A stretch of DNA of 64,000 nucleotides from Trichoplax adhaerens. Taxonomy: Eukaryota; Animalia; Placozoa. The notes beneath the pieces are model-generated. The model worked only from the letters and a program-made list of their open reading frames with translations. It had not been told where the DNA came from and did not search any database. The translations under genes and the position numbers were made by a program. The stretch spans positions 3,987,454 to 4,051,453 of the forward strand of contig NW_002060946.1 in NCBI RefSeq assembly GCF_000150275.1, given 5' to 3'. Each line of letters begins with the position of its first letter. Positions within the stretch are counted from its first letter, which is position 1. This document shows positions 25,520 to 37,475 of this stretch, in pieces.

Positions 25520-26510
25520 ATATCGTTTCTTGAGCTATTGGATTTCGTAGATCGTGAATTAACATCTAGTATTAGCCAATATCGTCGTCTATTCATTTAG
25601 TTAACTAGCTACAGGTACAACTATGATTAGAGCCTAAAGTACTATAGACAAGAATTATTTATTAGGCCTGCAAAAACGGGATTGTAATGTTGTAAACATA
25701 GAATGAAGCCATGGTTAGTAAACCCAGACGTAATATGTTAAAAATTTTAGAGATACAAAATAGACAGATGTGAGAGTAACTGAATAGGAATAAAGAGCGT
25801 ATTAAACTGCAATCTGAGAGAGTGTCAAAACTGTTTGAGTGTGGGTGCACGTATAGAACGATATAAGGACCTTTCAATCTTAATATTGTAATGATATTTA
25901 ACATCGATATTAAATCAGAGTGCTACATCAGTTTGTCGTGCATACTTTACTCATACTCGTATATTGCAATTAGTAGAACCATCGATAAGATAGTCAAATT
26001 TGCAAATACCGTATCATCACTAGTTTTGCATATTAATTTGGTAAGAAACAATTATTATATGGATAGAAAGGTATATTGCATTATGGAATCTTTTCCAAAC
26101 AAAAAAACGTATGCATATACATTAATAAGTAGTAAGAAACTTTCAAACTAAAAGTAATACTGCAGATAATATTAATACCGGTAGAAATTTTAAGTGAGAA
26201 CGCCAACATTGTCTATTTAGTAAGGCTAGAATTTGGTAATGGAAATAATGTTGATATAGAATAGATCATGCTGAATTCCAAACCAAAGCTATATATACAA
26301 AAACTCGGTTACTTTGCCTAGTAATTATAATTATGAACGTGAAATTTTGCTAGGACTACGAGTATTGATTGTAAATGAGCTATTTAACCTTGCCGCATTC
26401 ATGATTTATCAAATCTAAATTAAATATTCTGAAACATACTTTGCACATTCTAGAATTATTTCAATTGCGTTACTTTTGAAGTGCTCCGTAAGTCGAATAT
26501 TATTAGTTAC
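25520..26510 (+). pseudogene. Relic of the carbamoyltransferase 5' region: exon 1 missing, exon 2 copy with in-frame TGA
   Basis: Aligns to ~29415-30440. 26454-26487 (ag|AATTATTTCAATTGCGTTACTTTTGAAGTGCTCC|gtaagt) matches exon 2 at 30382-30415, with TGC>TGA at 26477-26479. Confidence 0.85.
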
Positions 26511-28117
26511 CGAAACGAAAGGTTAGCAGATGGGTATTTGCATTGAGATACAGAAGTATTATAATCTGGTATAAACAATATAATAGTAGATGATAGATTT
26601 AGCTTAATAACTAAATGATATTTTTCTACTATCGCCCAAGACATAAAATAGTTTGTAAATTAAAGCTATCATGTAATTGTGGTAGATTGTACTAAATAAA
26701 TAAGTTGCGTGATTATTATTACTACCTAATCCGAGAAGTGAAATATTAGAAATTTCTTCACCGAGGCCTTATTATATAGTTATTTATGATCAATTTAAGA
26801 CAACGACTACATAAAGTTTTTATTATCGTCCAGATACGGGATGGTTGTAGATGAAGACCATCATGAATTATGGTGGTTAATTATAATTATTACATATTAC
26901 ACATTGCGTAAGTATCTAACAGGTTATTATCGATGGTATTTATCTATTATCTCTCTGCATACATCTACTTTATGTTAGTTGTAATGTCTTTCATTTCCGA
27001 CATCATTTCTGAAAGCATTAAATGTCGTTCCCAGATTCATAGAAGATTGTAGAGAAGAATGAGTAAGCCTTTGTAGCCGTATTGATGCCCACGTTTATTA
27101 AAGATATCCAATCCTTGCAATTGTGATATTGAGTTAGAAACTTTTAAATACTAGGTAAATCTACCTTGCTTTGATAAAATATTGCACCGTCGTAACTTGG
27201 TTATCGACATCTTAATATAGTAAAACAATATATATATAAGCTGATGATAATAACTAACATAGAGTTCGGTGTTGTTAAAAGTATGGTATAATAAAAAGTG
27301 ATGATTATACTGTAATATTTTACACTACAGTATTGGAAAATGTGATAATATAAATAATAATATCAAGATAGATTCAAAGATACCCATATTAGATGCGATA
27401 GAACAAATTGAAAAGTGTGCAAAGTAAATCGCAATTACAACAGCTGTCCAAGCTCAGCCAGTTGCTGTAACAATCTTTATAATTCAAAGATTCAGTAGTC
27501 TATGATGAAGCACTGTACTGTGTATCAAGTATTTCTAATAATAGAAGAGGTTATTCCTTTTATCATTTAAGCCATGATGTAAATAGACAGTGAGACAACC
27601 ACTTAGTCTTTAAGATAGGATATACGTGAATTTATGCTATTTCATGCATATTTATCAAATACTGAGATCATTAGCTCTACCATGGATCTGTGTAAAAGTT
27701 GAAATTGTCCTAAAGATTATCAATCACCGAATTAACAAAAATTTACAATTAACACTAACACATAGGTAAATACTTTGGGTACGTTGCACTAAGATATGAA
27801 TTTGCTGAGTTATTAAATCGAGTCTATATCTTCTAAGTATAAATACTTATTCTAGTAAAAGCTATCTAGTAAATTGAAAACAGTTATAAATGATTATCTA
27901 GCAAGACAATTGTAAAAATTATTCCTTTTCTATGCATTTTATACGCGTATATTGATATTGCAAATTAGGGAAATTGTAAGAACTTTTTTGCATTTCTTAC
28001 GATCGGTATAATGACGATAATTGTGATGGAAAAAGTAGACGTGTTGTGATATCATAGCTTATTTAAATTATGCGATGACGAGTTTACGATAGCATTTACT
28101 AACTAAGAAGAAGAAGA

Positions 28118-29023
28118 TTACAATCGACTACTAGGCTCGTTCATTACTCCTCTCACTAATCCTTCTTGGGCTATGCTAACCGCTAATTTACCATCTCGTG
28201 TAAAAAGCTTGCCTAATACTAGAACTCTTCCGTTATTCGCTTTTGGGCTTTGCGTTTCATATAACAGCCATTCATCAGCACGTACTGGTAAATGGAACCA
28301 CATAGAATGATCCAGTGATGATATCATAGTATATCGAAAGTTAGGGTGAGCTGCTGTAGCTGTATAGAGTATACTATAATCGGAAGCATATCCTACGATA
28401 GGCGAGTGTAAATTTTTCAATTCAGGTCCTATTTTGTCAATGCCTTTAAACCACGCCAATTGGTAAGGAGGATGTTCGGTCATGTCTGCCCACTGTTGCT
28501 GACAACGCCGAATATCTATAGGGATTGGTGAAGCAAGTGATTTCTCAATTAAGAGACGATTATTATCATTCGTTTCATGTTCAAGCCTTCGTTGTGATAC
28601 TTCCTCATCTGTAGGTAAACTTTCAGGATCGGGTGCATTGGGCATATTAGCTTGATGTTCGATTACAGTTTTTTCAAATTTACAAAATGATATTTGGCTT
28701 GAGTAAATGGTTAAACCTTGTTGGAGAGCATGAACATTTCTACTGCAGTATGAATGGCCGTCCCTGATACGTTCTACTTTATATATGAGAGGAATGGAAG
28801 GATCGCCAGCGCGAAGAAAATACAAATGTAGAGAATGAGGTGAAAATTGTTCATCAACTGTTTTACTAGCAGCTACTAGAGCTTGTCCTATCGCTTGACC
28901 ACCAAATATACGTTGTGAAAATAGAGGGTACCATAATGTATTACCTCGGAAGATATCAACATCGATCTCTTCTAAATCTAATGTACCAAGTAAGATGGAA
29001 GCTTTATCCTTGGCTGAAGACAT
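28118..29023 (-). CDS. ACOT8: ACOT8 paralog 4, 301 aa, intronless
   Basis: Same motifs, internal 6-aa deletion relative to paralog 3, ends -SRL. ATG at 29023. Confidence 0.95.
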   Translation of the reverse strand: MSSAKDKASILLGTLDLEEIDVDIFRGNTLWYPLFSQRIFGGQAIGQALVAASKTVDEQFSPHSLHLYFLRAGDPSIPLIYKVERIRDGHSYCSRNVHALQQGLTIYSSQISFCKFEKTVIEHQANMPNAPDPESLPTDEEVSQRRLEHETNDNNRLLIEKSLASPIPIDIRRCQQQWADMTEHPPYQLAWFKGIDKIGPELKNLHSPIVGYASDYSILYTATAAHPNFRYTMISSLDHSMWFHLPVRADEWLLYETQSPKANNGRVLVLGKLFTRDGKLAVSIAQEGLVRGVMNEPSSRL

Positions 29024-29486
29024 GGCTATATCGTTCAATTTCTATTACCAGCATCAACAACTATAATGCATAAGAATAATGCACCAGAACTTCTTAGACT
29101 GTGACTAATAAGCACTGAGTAATCTTTGATTAATAGTAAGATAGATGAATTTTCCCTACAATCATTTATTAATTTATAAAGGAGTTTGCTAGCAGAGCTG
29201 GTCGTTGAGCTCGGTAGCCAGCAATCTGTGGCACTGCGCTATATTACTATTATATACGTTTTCTTATGATTGGTCATGCCGGCATGCGTACATCGATTCC
29301 TCAAACTGTATCTTAGAATAGAGCATTCGGTATGAAGTAATACAGCATACCGCTGGAAGATGAATTAAGTGGCCCCCAAAATTGACAAGACCTCCTTACC
29401 TACACTGCAAGTGTGCAAATACCATTTGTTATAGCTATTGGATTGCGTAGATTGCTAATTAAGATCGAATATTCTACGTGTTGATT

Positions 29487-32400
29487 ATGAAAGTTATCGC
29501 TTTCCACGTACTGCATGATGCTAATATTTGTATTTGTGTTAACGGAGAAGTCCGAGTAGTCCTGGAATTAGAGAGTAAGTGGTCGAAGCAATTTGCAAAA
29601 TCATTCAACATGACTCAGAATATCAATCTGTATTAGCCAATGTTGTCGTCGTCGTGTATTATATTTATTTATTATTTAGTGGAAGATTAGCTGTAGATGT
29701 AGTTATAATTACACTCTAAGTACTGTCGACAAGAATGATTGATTAGGACTTTTCAATTTTTAGAATTCTATTGATTTTTAACATGGATATTAAACCAGAA
29801 TGCTACATCAGTTGTCGTGGATACGTTCTATAGTAATTAGCAGAACCGCAAGATAGCCAAATTTGAAAATACCGTAGCAGCAGTAGTATTGCATATTAAT
29901 TTAGTAACATAAGTCTAATAAATTAGTTAGAGTTGAAGTTATGATTGGATTTGGAAGAGCATAGGCAAGAAACTATCATTATATGGGTATAAAGATATAT
30001 TGTATTATATAATCTTTTCCAAACTTAAGAATACATATGCATTAATAATAAATCATAATTAAGTAGTAGTCAGAAACATTCAAATTAAAATACTACAGAT
30101 TGCTGCATTAGCAGTGTAATCTTACATACGACAAGATTTTAAGCGAGAATACAAATAGACCGATTCAGTAAGGCTACAATTTAGCAAAGGCAATAATAGT
30201 GTAGATCAAGCGGCATTTCAAACAATGGCAATGTACAAAACTCAATTACTTTCCCAAGTAATTTATAAATCTGAAATGTTGCTAGGACTATTAATTGTAA
30301 ATAGGCTCATATTGAGCCTTGCCGTACTCATAATTCATGAATCTAAATTAGATGTTCTAAATCATGCTTTATACATTCTAGGACTATTTCAAGTGCGTTA
30401 CTTTTGCAGTGCTCCGTAAGTCTACTATTATTAGTTACTTTTAGAATTATTCTTAACATAGCGATTGCTATCCTTTTTGGAGTTATCATTTTGACCTCTA
30501 ATGTATATATCTACCTTAAGGAGATTACATAAATCTGTTCCTTTCTAGCTCCTGCCAGTAAATTCATGTACAGTAGTAATAAAAATGCTGCAATTCATAC
30601 ACCGTGTATGCAATGATGCCATAGCTACTAGTCCGAATAATACCTAGTACCGCTAGCTCCATTCCCTAACTAAAATATTTAACATTTCTCTATCTATCGT
30701 CACTTTTAATCAGTAAAAATGCACAATTCCGTGAACAGTGGGAGAAAGCCATTGATGAAGTTACAAAGTATACTGGTATACACCATTTTGATGTAGCAGT
30801 GACCAGTTGGTAAGTACTAGCAATATATCATAATAATAATCTCTTATATAGCCAATTGATAATGTTTACTGCATGCTTAAATTGCTAACTATTTCTCCTT
30901 CAAGTTAACAATTTATGTTAAGATATTAGTTGCGTCAACTAAGATTATAGAATCTGTTACATTGACATTATAGTATACGAGAAAGCATATACAGAGATGT
31001 TTACTTGCTGTGTACTTTATGAAGTTATATATTGTAGAATGTTATACCACTTATATGATATAGTCTGAAAAATATCTTTTTTCCTCATAAGGGTTATGCC
31101 TTCAAAAAGGCTCATTTTACAAGAATTAATAGAATGTGACAAGTAAGATAAATCTTATATACTCCATGTTGCTATTGCATATGTAATACAGATACATAAT
31201 GTACTTTAAGTCTTTAATACACCTTAATATCTACACTAGCACCAAAGCTTTTTCAATACTGAATAGTGTCAAGTAGAAAGACGATGCTTAGAAATCGAAT
31301 AGCTTGATTTTCTATTGTACTCCAATTAGGTGGATTGCTGTGGATCATCACCTCTGTCATGCGACTCTGGGATTCTATGATTCTCCTTTCCAAAATGCAT
31401 TAATTTTATCGTATGATGGTGGAGGTAATGATGGAACATTTAACATCTACAGTGGTACAAGAAAGGATTATAAAATACAGCTAATTAAAAAGGTAACTAC
31501 ACCAAGCAAAGTAGGTAAAAGTAACACCAGTAACAGATGTTGCAAAATATAGCTGAGCAGTGATGAAAAGGCGCAGACTTTTACCTGTAATTGATCGATT
31601 TACATTTTAATTTCGCTAAATCGAAAATATTCACTCTTAGATCGGGCTAAATTTAGGTACGCCGTATCGCCAATTGGCAACATGTATGCCAGAAGTTACC
31701 GGTAAAACGTTTTCTAATGATGAACCAACAAATTATATGAGATTCGCTCCGTTGGCTCTTTCTGGCAAAGTAATTTTTAAGAATTTGTTCTTCAGTTTAA
31801 AGTAGCTGCAGATTATTGGCTAAATGATTATTCAATCAACGGTAATAGGTAATGGGTTACGCAGCTTTAGGTAAAGTGCGTAAGGAATGGCACCAGGAAC
31901 TTTCCGATTATTATAAATGGTTTGTGACTCCGTTGCAAGCAATTTTTTCACTTGGAGATCAGCTCAATCTTGTCAGTATCATTTTGATAGAAAAACAGAT
32001 TACTGTATGCAAATTTGGTTTACTTTAATCTACTTTTAACTTTATAAAATAATTTCTATTAGAATTTAGAACCAAATGCCTTAGATAATGAAAATGCTAG
32101 AGATCTTGCTGCATCAAGTCAGGTAGACCAATCCTACATAACTTGTAATAAGTTATTATGATGGGCCTAGTAATAATATATAACTAACTCTATTACCCTG
32201 ATTTTTAGAAAGTATTTGAAGAATTACTGTGTGCGGAAGTTAATAAGTGTCTTTGTACTCTTCGGTATACTTTGACAATATTTTGCTTATTTTTACGATA
32301 CTTCTTAATGAGTGTTAAAGTTATGGCTACATCTATTGGATTTTATAATTAGGGAGACTGGCCAAGATATCGATGGTATTGTATTGACTGGGGGATGTGC

Positions 32401-34006
32401 CTTGGTAATACTGAAAATATGAAGAAATTTATTAATTATAATTATCTATTGTTATGTCAGTAAATTTTTAATTTATGAAATATCACGATTAATGTATATG
32501 TAGAATGTAAATGCAAATTATGAAGTTGCTAAAGACTTTGGTTATCCTGTGCATGTACCTTCCGCTCCCAATGACTGTGGCATCAGCATTGGAGCAGCAT
32601 GGCAAGTAACACCGTAAGTGATTCAAAGTGTACGTAACTTTTAGCATATCATAATGTGGATGGAGTAATGAAAAAAGAATGTATTTCATTCTCTAACATG
32701 TTTACTATTCGAAACTTAGTGCAATCTTTGATTTCTGTTTGAATAGGCCTATACAACACTTTCCAACTCAATACTGTGGTTTGCCTCTTCATGGATTAGA
32801 CAGCTTAACAAAACTTGCTCAAGAGCGTAACGCAAGAGTTGTAACAATAACGGAGGTATGTACTGCTGCTCATATTGTTTAATTAGCTGTAAAATAGTTA
32901 TAGCTATTGTATAATTAAACAATCTATTACTTTCTTTGTAATGGACTAGCTTGCGGAAATTATTGCAAATGGTGCAATAATTGGTATAGCTCGCGGAAGA
33001 CAAGAAGTAAGTTGTAAATAGTATCGTTTAAATCTTATTTGATACAATAGAAAAGACAACAGTTATTACAAATTATTATATTGATGTGGTATCTAGTTCG
33101 GTCCTCGTGCCCTTGGTCACAGATCAATTGTATGCTACCCTAACAAGCAAGAATTAAAAGATAAAATTAATCGGTATGCATAATAGGGATGTTCTTACGA
33201 TTGATTTTGAGTCTTGTTAATAAAGATGTGGTTTCCATTTAGATTGAAATCAAGGCAATGGTTTCGACCGTTATGTCCATCAGTTACAGTCGAATGTGCT
33301 AGGGACATCTTTGAAGGTATGATTTACTAATTGTGGTCATGATATAGAGTATTCATTATTAATAGCATAAGGTTTATTCTTTACTAAAGTCTGTAGTAGT
33401 TCGGAAGGTGCCGTTGTAAAATCATGCATCTCTAGTAATGGTAGCAAAGGATGGATTCCTGCATCTCCTTATATGTCATTCGCAGTACCATTAACTGCAC
33501 AAGCGAAAGAAATGTTTCCTGCTATATCTCACTTTGATGGAACTGCTAGGTAAACACAGTACAAGTTTCATTTGTAGAAATTGTGTCAGTAAAAATTGTA
33601 TGCTATTTACATCTTTGGTTAATGTGTTTGATTTTAATATATAAACATTTTGTCTTGATTTTAGGCTTCAAACTGTAAGCAATGAAGATGAACCTTGGTA
33701 TCATTCGCTGCTCGTAGCCATAGGGCAGAAAACTAATGGAAAAGAAATTCTTCTAAATACTTCATTTAATGTGAAAGTAAGTTTACAAGGGGTAATGCAC
33801 CCATTTAATAGCAAGATTGTATTTTTAAATTTAATTTATTATCATACTGTGGCAGAAACATTATCATTAACTTCTAAATTTTTATCCAATAGGGTAAACC
33901 CATTCTAAATAATGTCAATACAGCGTTGGAAATTTTAGATAATAATCAATCAGACACGCTAGATTACGTTTTAATTGAAGATTACCTATTTCAAAAATCG
34001 TTATAG
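29487..34006 (+). CDS. NodU/CmcH/TobZ-family O-carbamoyltransferase (Kae1-like N-domain plus YrdC-like C-domain), 18 exons, ~554 aa
   Basis: Exons 29487-29574, 30382-30415, 30714-30809, 31092-31142, 31330-31492, 31641-31769, 31849-31971, 32063-32122, 32209-32264, 32353-32404, 32504-32613, 32747-32855, 32950-33006, 33097-33173, 33243-33316, 33390-33549, 33665-33776, 33893-34006. All introns GT-AG and phase-consistent, 1665 nt total. Motifs HDAN...ELER, HHLCHA, YDGGG, GKVMGYAALG, DLAASSQ, GGCALN, APNDCG, GRQEFGPRALGHRS, KSRQWFRP, SPYM, HFDGTARLQTV, LNTSFNVKGKPI. Confidence 0.93.
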
Positions 34007-34357
34007 TTTATCAAAATTACCTAATATATTATCAATTTTTTGATAATGAATGCTGCTATATTCGCTATCTAAGCTAAATAAAATGGTTATTGGATGATTT
34101 TTAAGACCCAGAATTTCGGAAATTATATTCAAACATTCCGGAGTTTTAATACTATTTATTATTGACAATGATACAGAAAGCATACGAAAATCTATTTTAC
34201 ATTACGGTTCATAATATTCCAAGTTTTACAGAATTGATGTTGAACTATCAGCAGTTACATAATTATAACATGTCAATAAAATATTATATTTTACATTACA
34301 CAATAAATATTATTACAAAGCTCTGAAATTACTTTCGCAAAATTTAGTCATATCATG

Positions 34358-36873
34358 CTACTGTTGCCTGGATTGCCGCGCATATTCAGGGTGAAATTGA
34401 GAATTGTACCTGTCATAAGAATAGAAAGAAAGACTGAGTTTAAGCACTAGCTTAACAAATGAATATTTGTCCGTTTGTGTCTATGTCCAGTAGTAGATAA
34501 ATATTAAAACTTACCTTTGATATGGCGTAGTAGCGCGATCCTTTTGCCCGGAATTATCATTAGTACTATAAATACGCTTTAACAAATCTTGCTCTCTTTG
34601 TCTTTCTCCTCTCTCTCTTCGAATTCGCTCTGCTCTTAATTCTTCCAAGGTTTTCTTACCTTGATTACCTTTACTACTAGCAGCTTTTGAAGCACTTATA
34701 GGGGGAGGCAACGGATCAGCCTATATTAAATCAGCGAATATGATTGTATGTTTACGAGAAAAATTGTAGCTTATAACTCGTAGTCCTGTTTCGTACGGAG
34801 TAAAATGATTTGTACTGTTAACATATTTGTAATATTACCTTATCATTGCCAGTCTTTTTAGCCTTCAAGTACTTGTTAATATCGTTTAGAGGATCCATGA
34901 CATTTTTTCTCTTCTTGTCCCTTTGGCTATATCGATTATTAGCAAAACGATAATCATATCTTTGTGTTACTTTAGCAGAATGAGGTGAATTTAATAACTA
35001 CTATATAAAGTCCTTTATTTGCAAAATTAAAATGATCAGATAGGGACTACCACATAAAAACAAATATCATGATTACTAGCATTTTCTAATGGTATCTTTA
35101 ATAAATTGTATATGAGTATTGCAATACAATCATACTGTACCTAGCTTTCTCTTCAGGTGTTTTCGAGCGGGTATCATCACAGTACCAAGGCTTACCATCT
35201 ATTGGTAAAAACTAAATAAGTTAGTAATTAGACACAGAAGGTATTAATGCATTTTACTACTACAGACGCAGTATATTCAAATACGACGTACTGTGAGACT
35301 CTATAGCACTTTGGCCGAGGTAAGTTAAAATCCCAAGTTTCTTTTCTAGTCGTTCCTGTTCTGCTTTCTTTTCTGCTTCATATTCACTATTTGTTGTGAC
35401 AGCATCGTCTTGCTATATTTTAAAGAGAATATCAGAATTACAATAAGATTATTATGGCCGATTATAGCCTAAGTTCGATTGGCTACTATCATTTTAAACT
35501 ACAGCTAATATCTGTGTGTACACCTATCATAGTGTACATTAAGATCCTATGTGCCAATGTTCTTTCAGAATTATTAGAACATTGTACAACATTAAAATAA
35601 TAATGGCTGCCAACCGCAGTTGTACACAAGATGGCAAGATCAATACCTCAAAGAGGTTAATATTTTTCTCCTTGGTTCTACTACTGGTTAGACTGTCGCT
35701 AACGTCTTCCCCAGAGTGTATTCGCGATCTCTTACGAAGTATTTCAAGACGAGATTCTTTTTCCTTTAATTCAATCACAATCGATTAACATTAGCAAGTC
35801 AGTAAGAGTTCAATCATTAATAAATAGACTCATTTTTTGTGATTTACGTAGGAAATACTAGGTACTTTAATTTTCGTATCTACTCGAGTCATTTGAAAAT
35901 TAACTGTAAGCAGAATTAAACTGCGGTGATTCGATTTAGGTTTTAAGGTCATCTAGATTATATTTATGACTACAGCTTTCGAAAGAGGGTTACTTTATAA
36001 CCTAGCATGAATTACAACGACACACTTTGCACTAAAGTAATTTGAATATTGCGTGGCAATAGATGCGATGATTCAGTTTTGGTGTGCTAACATCATCTGT
36101 ATCTATAATTTTGATTTTCTGGAATACCCTCAACTACTAGCCAATTACTTTACAACATAGCATAAATTATAATGATAACTACGTATTTAGCTTCCTCAGT
36201 TCTCTACATCACTGTTCTTGAGTCATTTGAACATTACGTAGAATCAGATATGAGAACTCAAGTTGCATAGCATAAACAACAACGTTTGTCACTAAGTTTG
36301 TAAGTTGCTTTTAGATATAACACAGCTCTAATGCCTGTGATTGCAAGTAGAAAGTAATGTCAATTTGAATATCATAATTACGTGTCTAGATCGCTTACAG
36401 CTAATTCAATCTTTCGTTGTTTCTCTTCTTCTTCTTGTCGAGCTTTCTCTTCATCGCGTCGTACACGTTCAATATTGCGCTTATTGCGTACATGCCAACT
36501 GTGAATACGTAAGTCGAGAAGGAGTTCCGTTATGAAAAAGAACAAAAAACAGACAGTATTAGATATAAGGTGGTAGTAGAAGGGACTTTCCTGCAGCATG
36601 CAAGGTTTTTATTAGAGTAGAGCTGTTGAAATGTTGAAATGTGGATGTACAGCAGCAAATAATAATAGAGTAATAGGATACAAGATTTTTAATTCCAGCT
36701 GGAAACTATGCACACAACAACACATTGACGTATTTCGCCCATCGTACAGAGGCAATTTCAATGCTAGATAGACGAGGTCGTATAAAGAGCGAGAAGGAAG
36801 AAGGAGACGATGGATGAATGGATGAGCATTGATATTGCGTAACAACAAACCTTTTCTTGGGTAAAATATTCAT
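34358..36873 (-). CDS. LENG1: Leukocyte receptor cluster member 1 homolog (CIR N-terminal domain), multi-exon
   Basis: [75 protein letters not shown]. Confidence 0.92.
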
Positions 36874-37475
36874 CTTTCTTATTAGTCTCTAATTGGCAGC
36901 AATGTCAACACTATCAATGGTTTAACAACTTGAATTGGTTTAATGTATAAAGAAGCGATGGTTAAGGATTACAATGGAGAGAGCCTTGGTAGATGCTAAT
37001 CAGTCATAAGCGATGGGATCTATTCTCAGTTAGCAACCAACCCTAAGCCATGATCGCCATGTAAGGTGCTGTTAATAGAGAAGAGAGGAAGATGCCAAAG
37101 ACAGTGTTGGGCATACAGTATTAATTGAATTTTACATACCGTATTTAGTACTCCATTCTACAGTACAGTACTGTACTCCAAAACGGTACGGACGTACAGA
37201 CCAGCTCGGTCGGTACGGTACGAACGGTCCGGTCCGGTCCGGTCCGACAGTTTGAGTGTGTAGCGTGCTTTTCGCCTCATAGGTAGACCCTACTAGTCCA
37301 TGCATCAGTGCGCGCCATAGGACTCGACCACAGATCAATCATCCATCATACAGTACAAGTCAGCTGGAAGCCAAAGCAACGACTTGCCCTCTCCAGCCGA
37401 CATTTCTTTGCAAAAGGAAAGGCAAAAATTCACCGTTAACCTTCATGCCAGTGCAATTAAATGAAGATATTGCCT

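Larger units (their letters stand above)
19650..29470. repeat. Tandem segmental duplication units (ACOT8 plus 3' flank plus promoter)
   Basis: 3' flanks ~19650-20780, ~23400-24236 and ~26950-28117 align with each other. 5' flanks ~21690-22050, ~25160-25560 and ~29025-29470 align with each other. Confidence 0.9.

Noticed and set aside
33995-34006. Peroxisomal targeting signal on the carbamoyltransferase (ends QKSL)
   Set aside because: KSL does not fit the PTS1 consensus [SAC][KRH][LM], so co-localisation with ACOT8 is unsupported.
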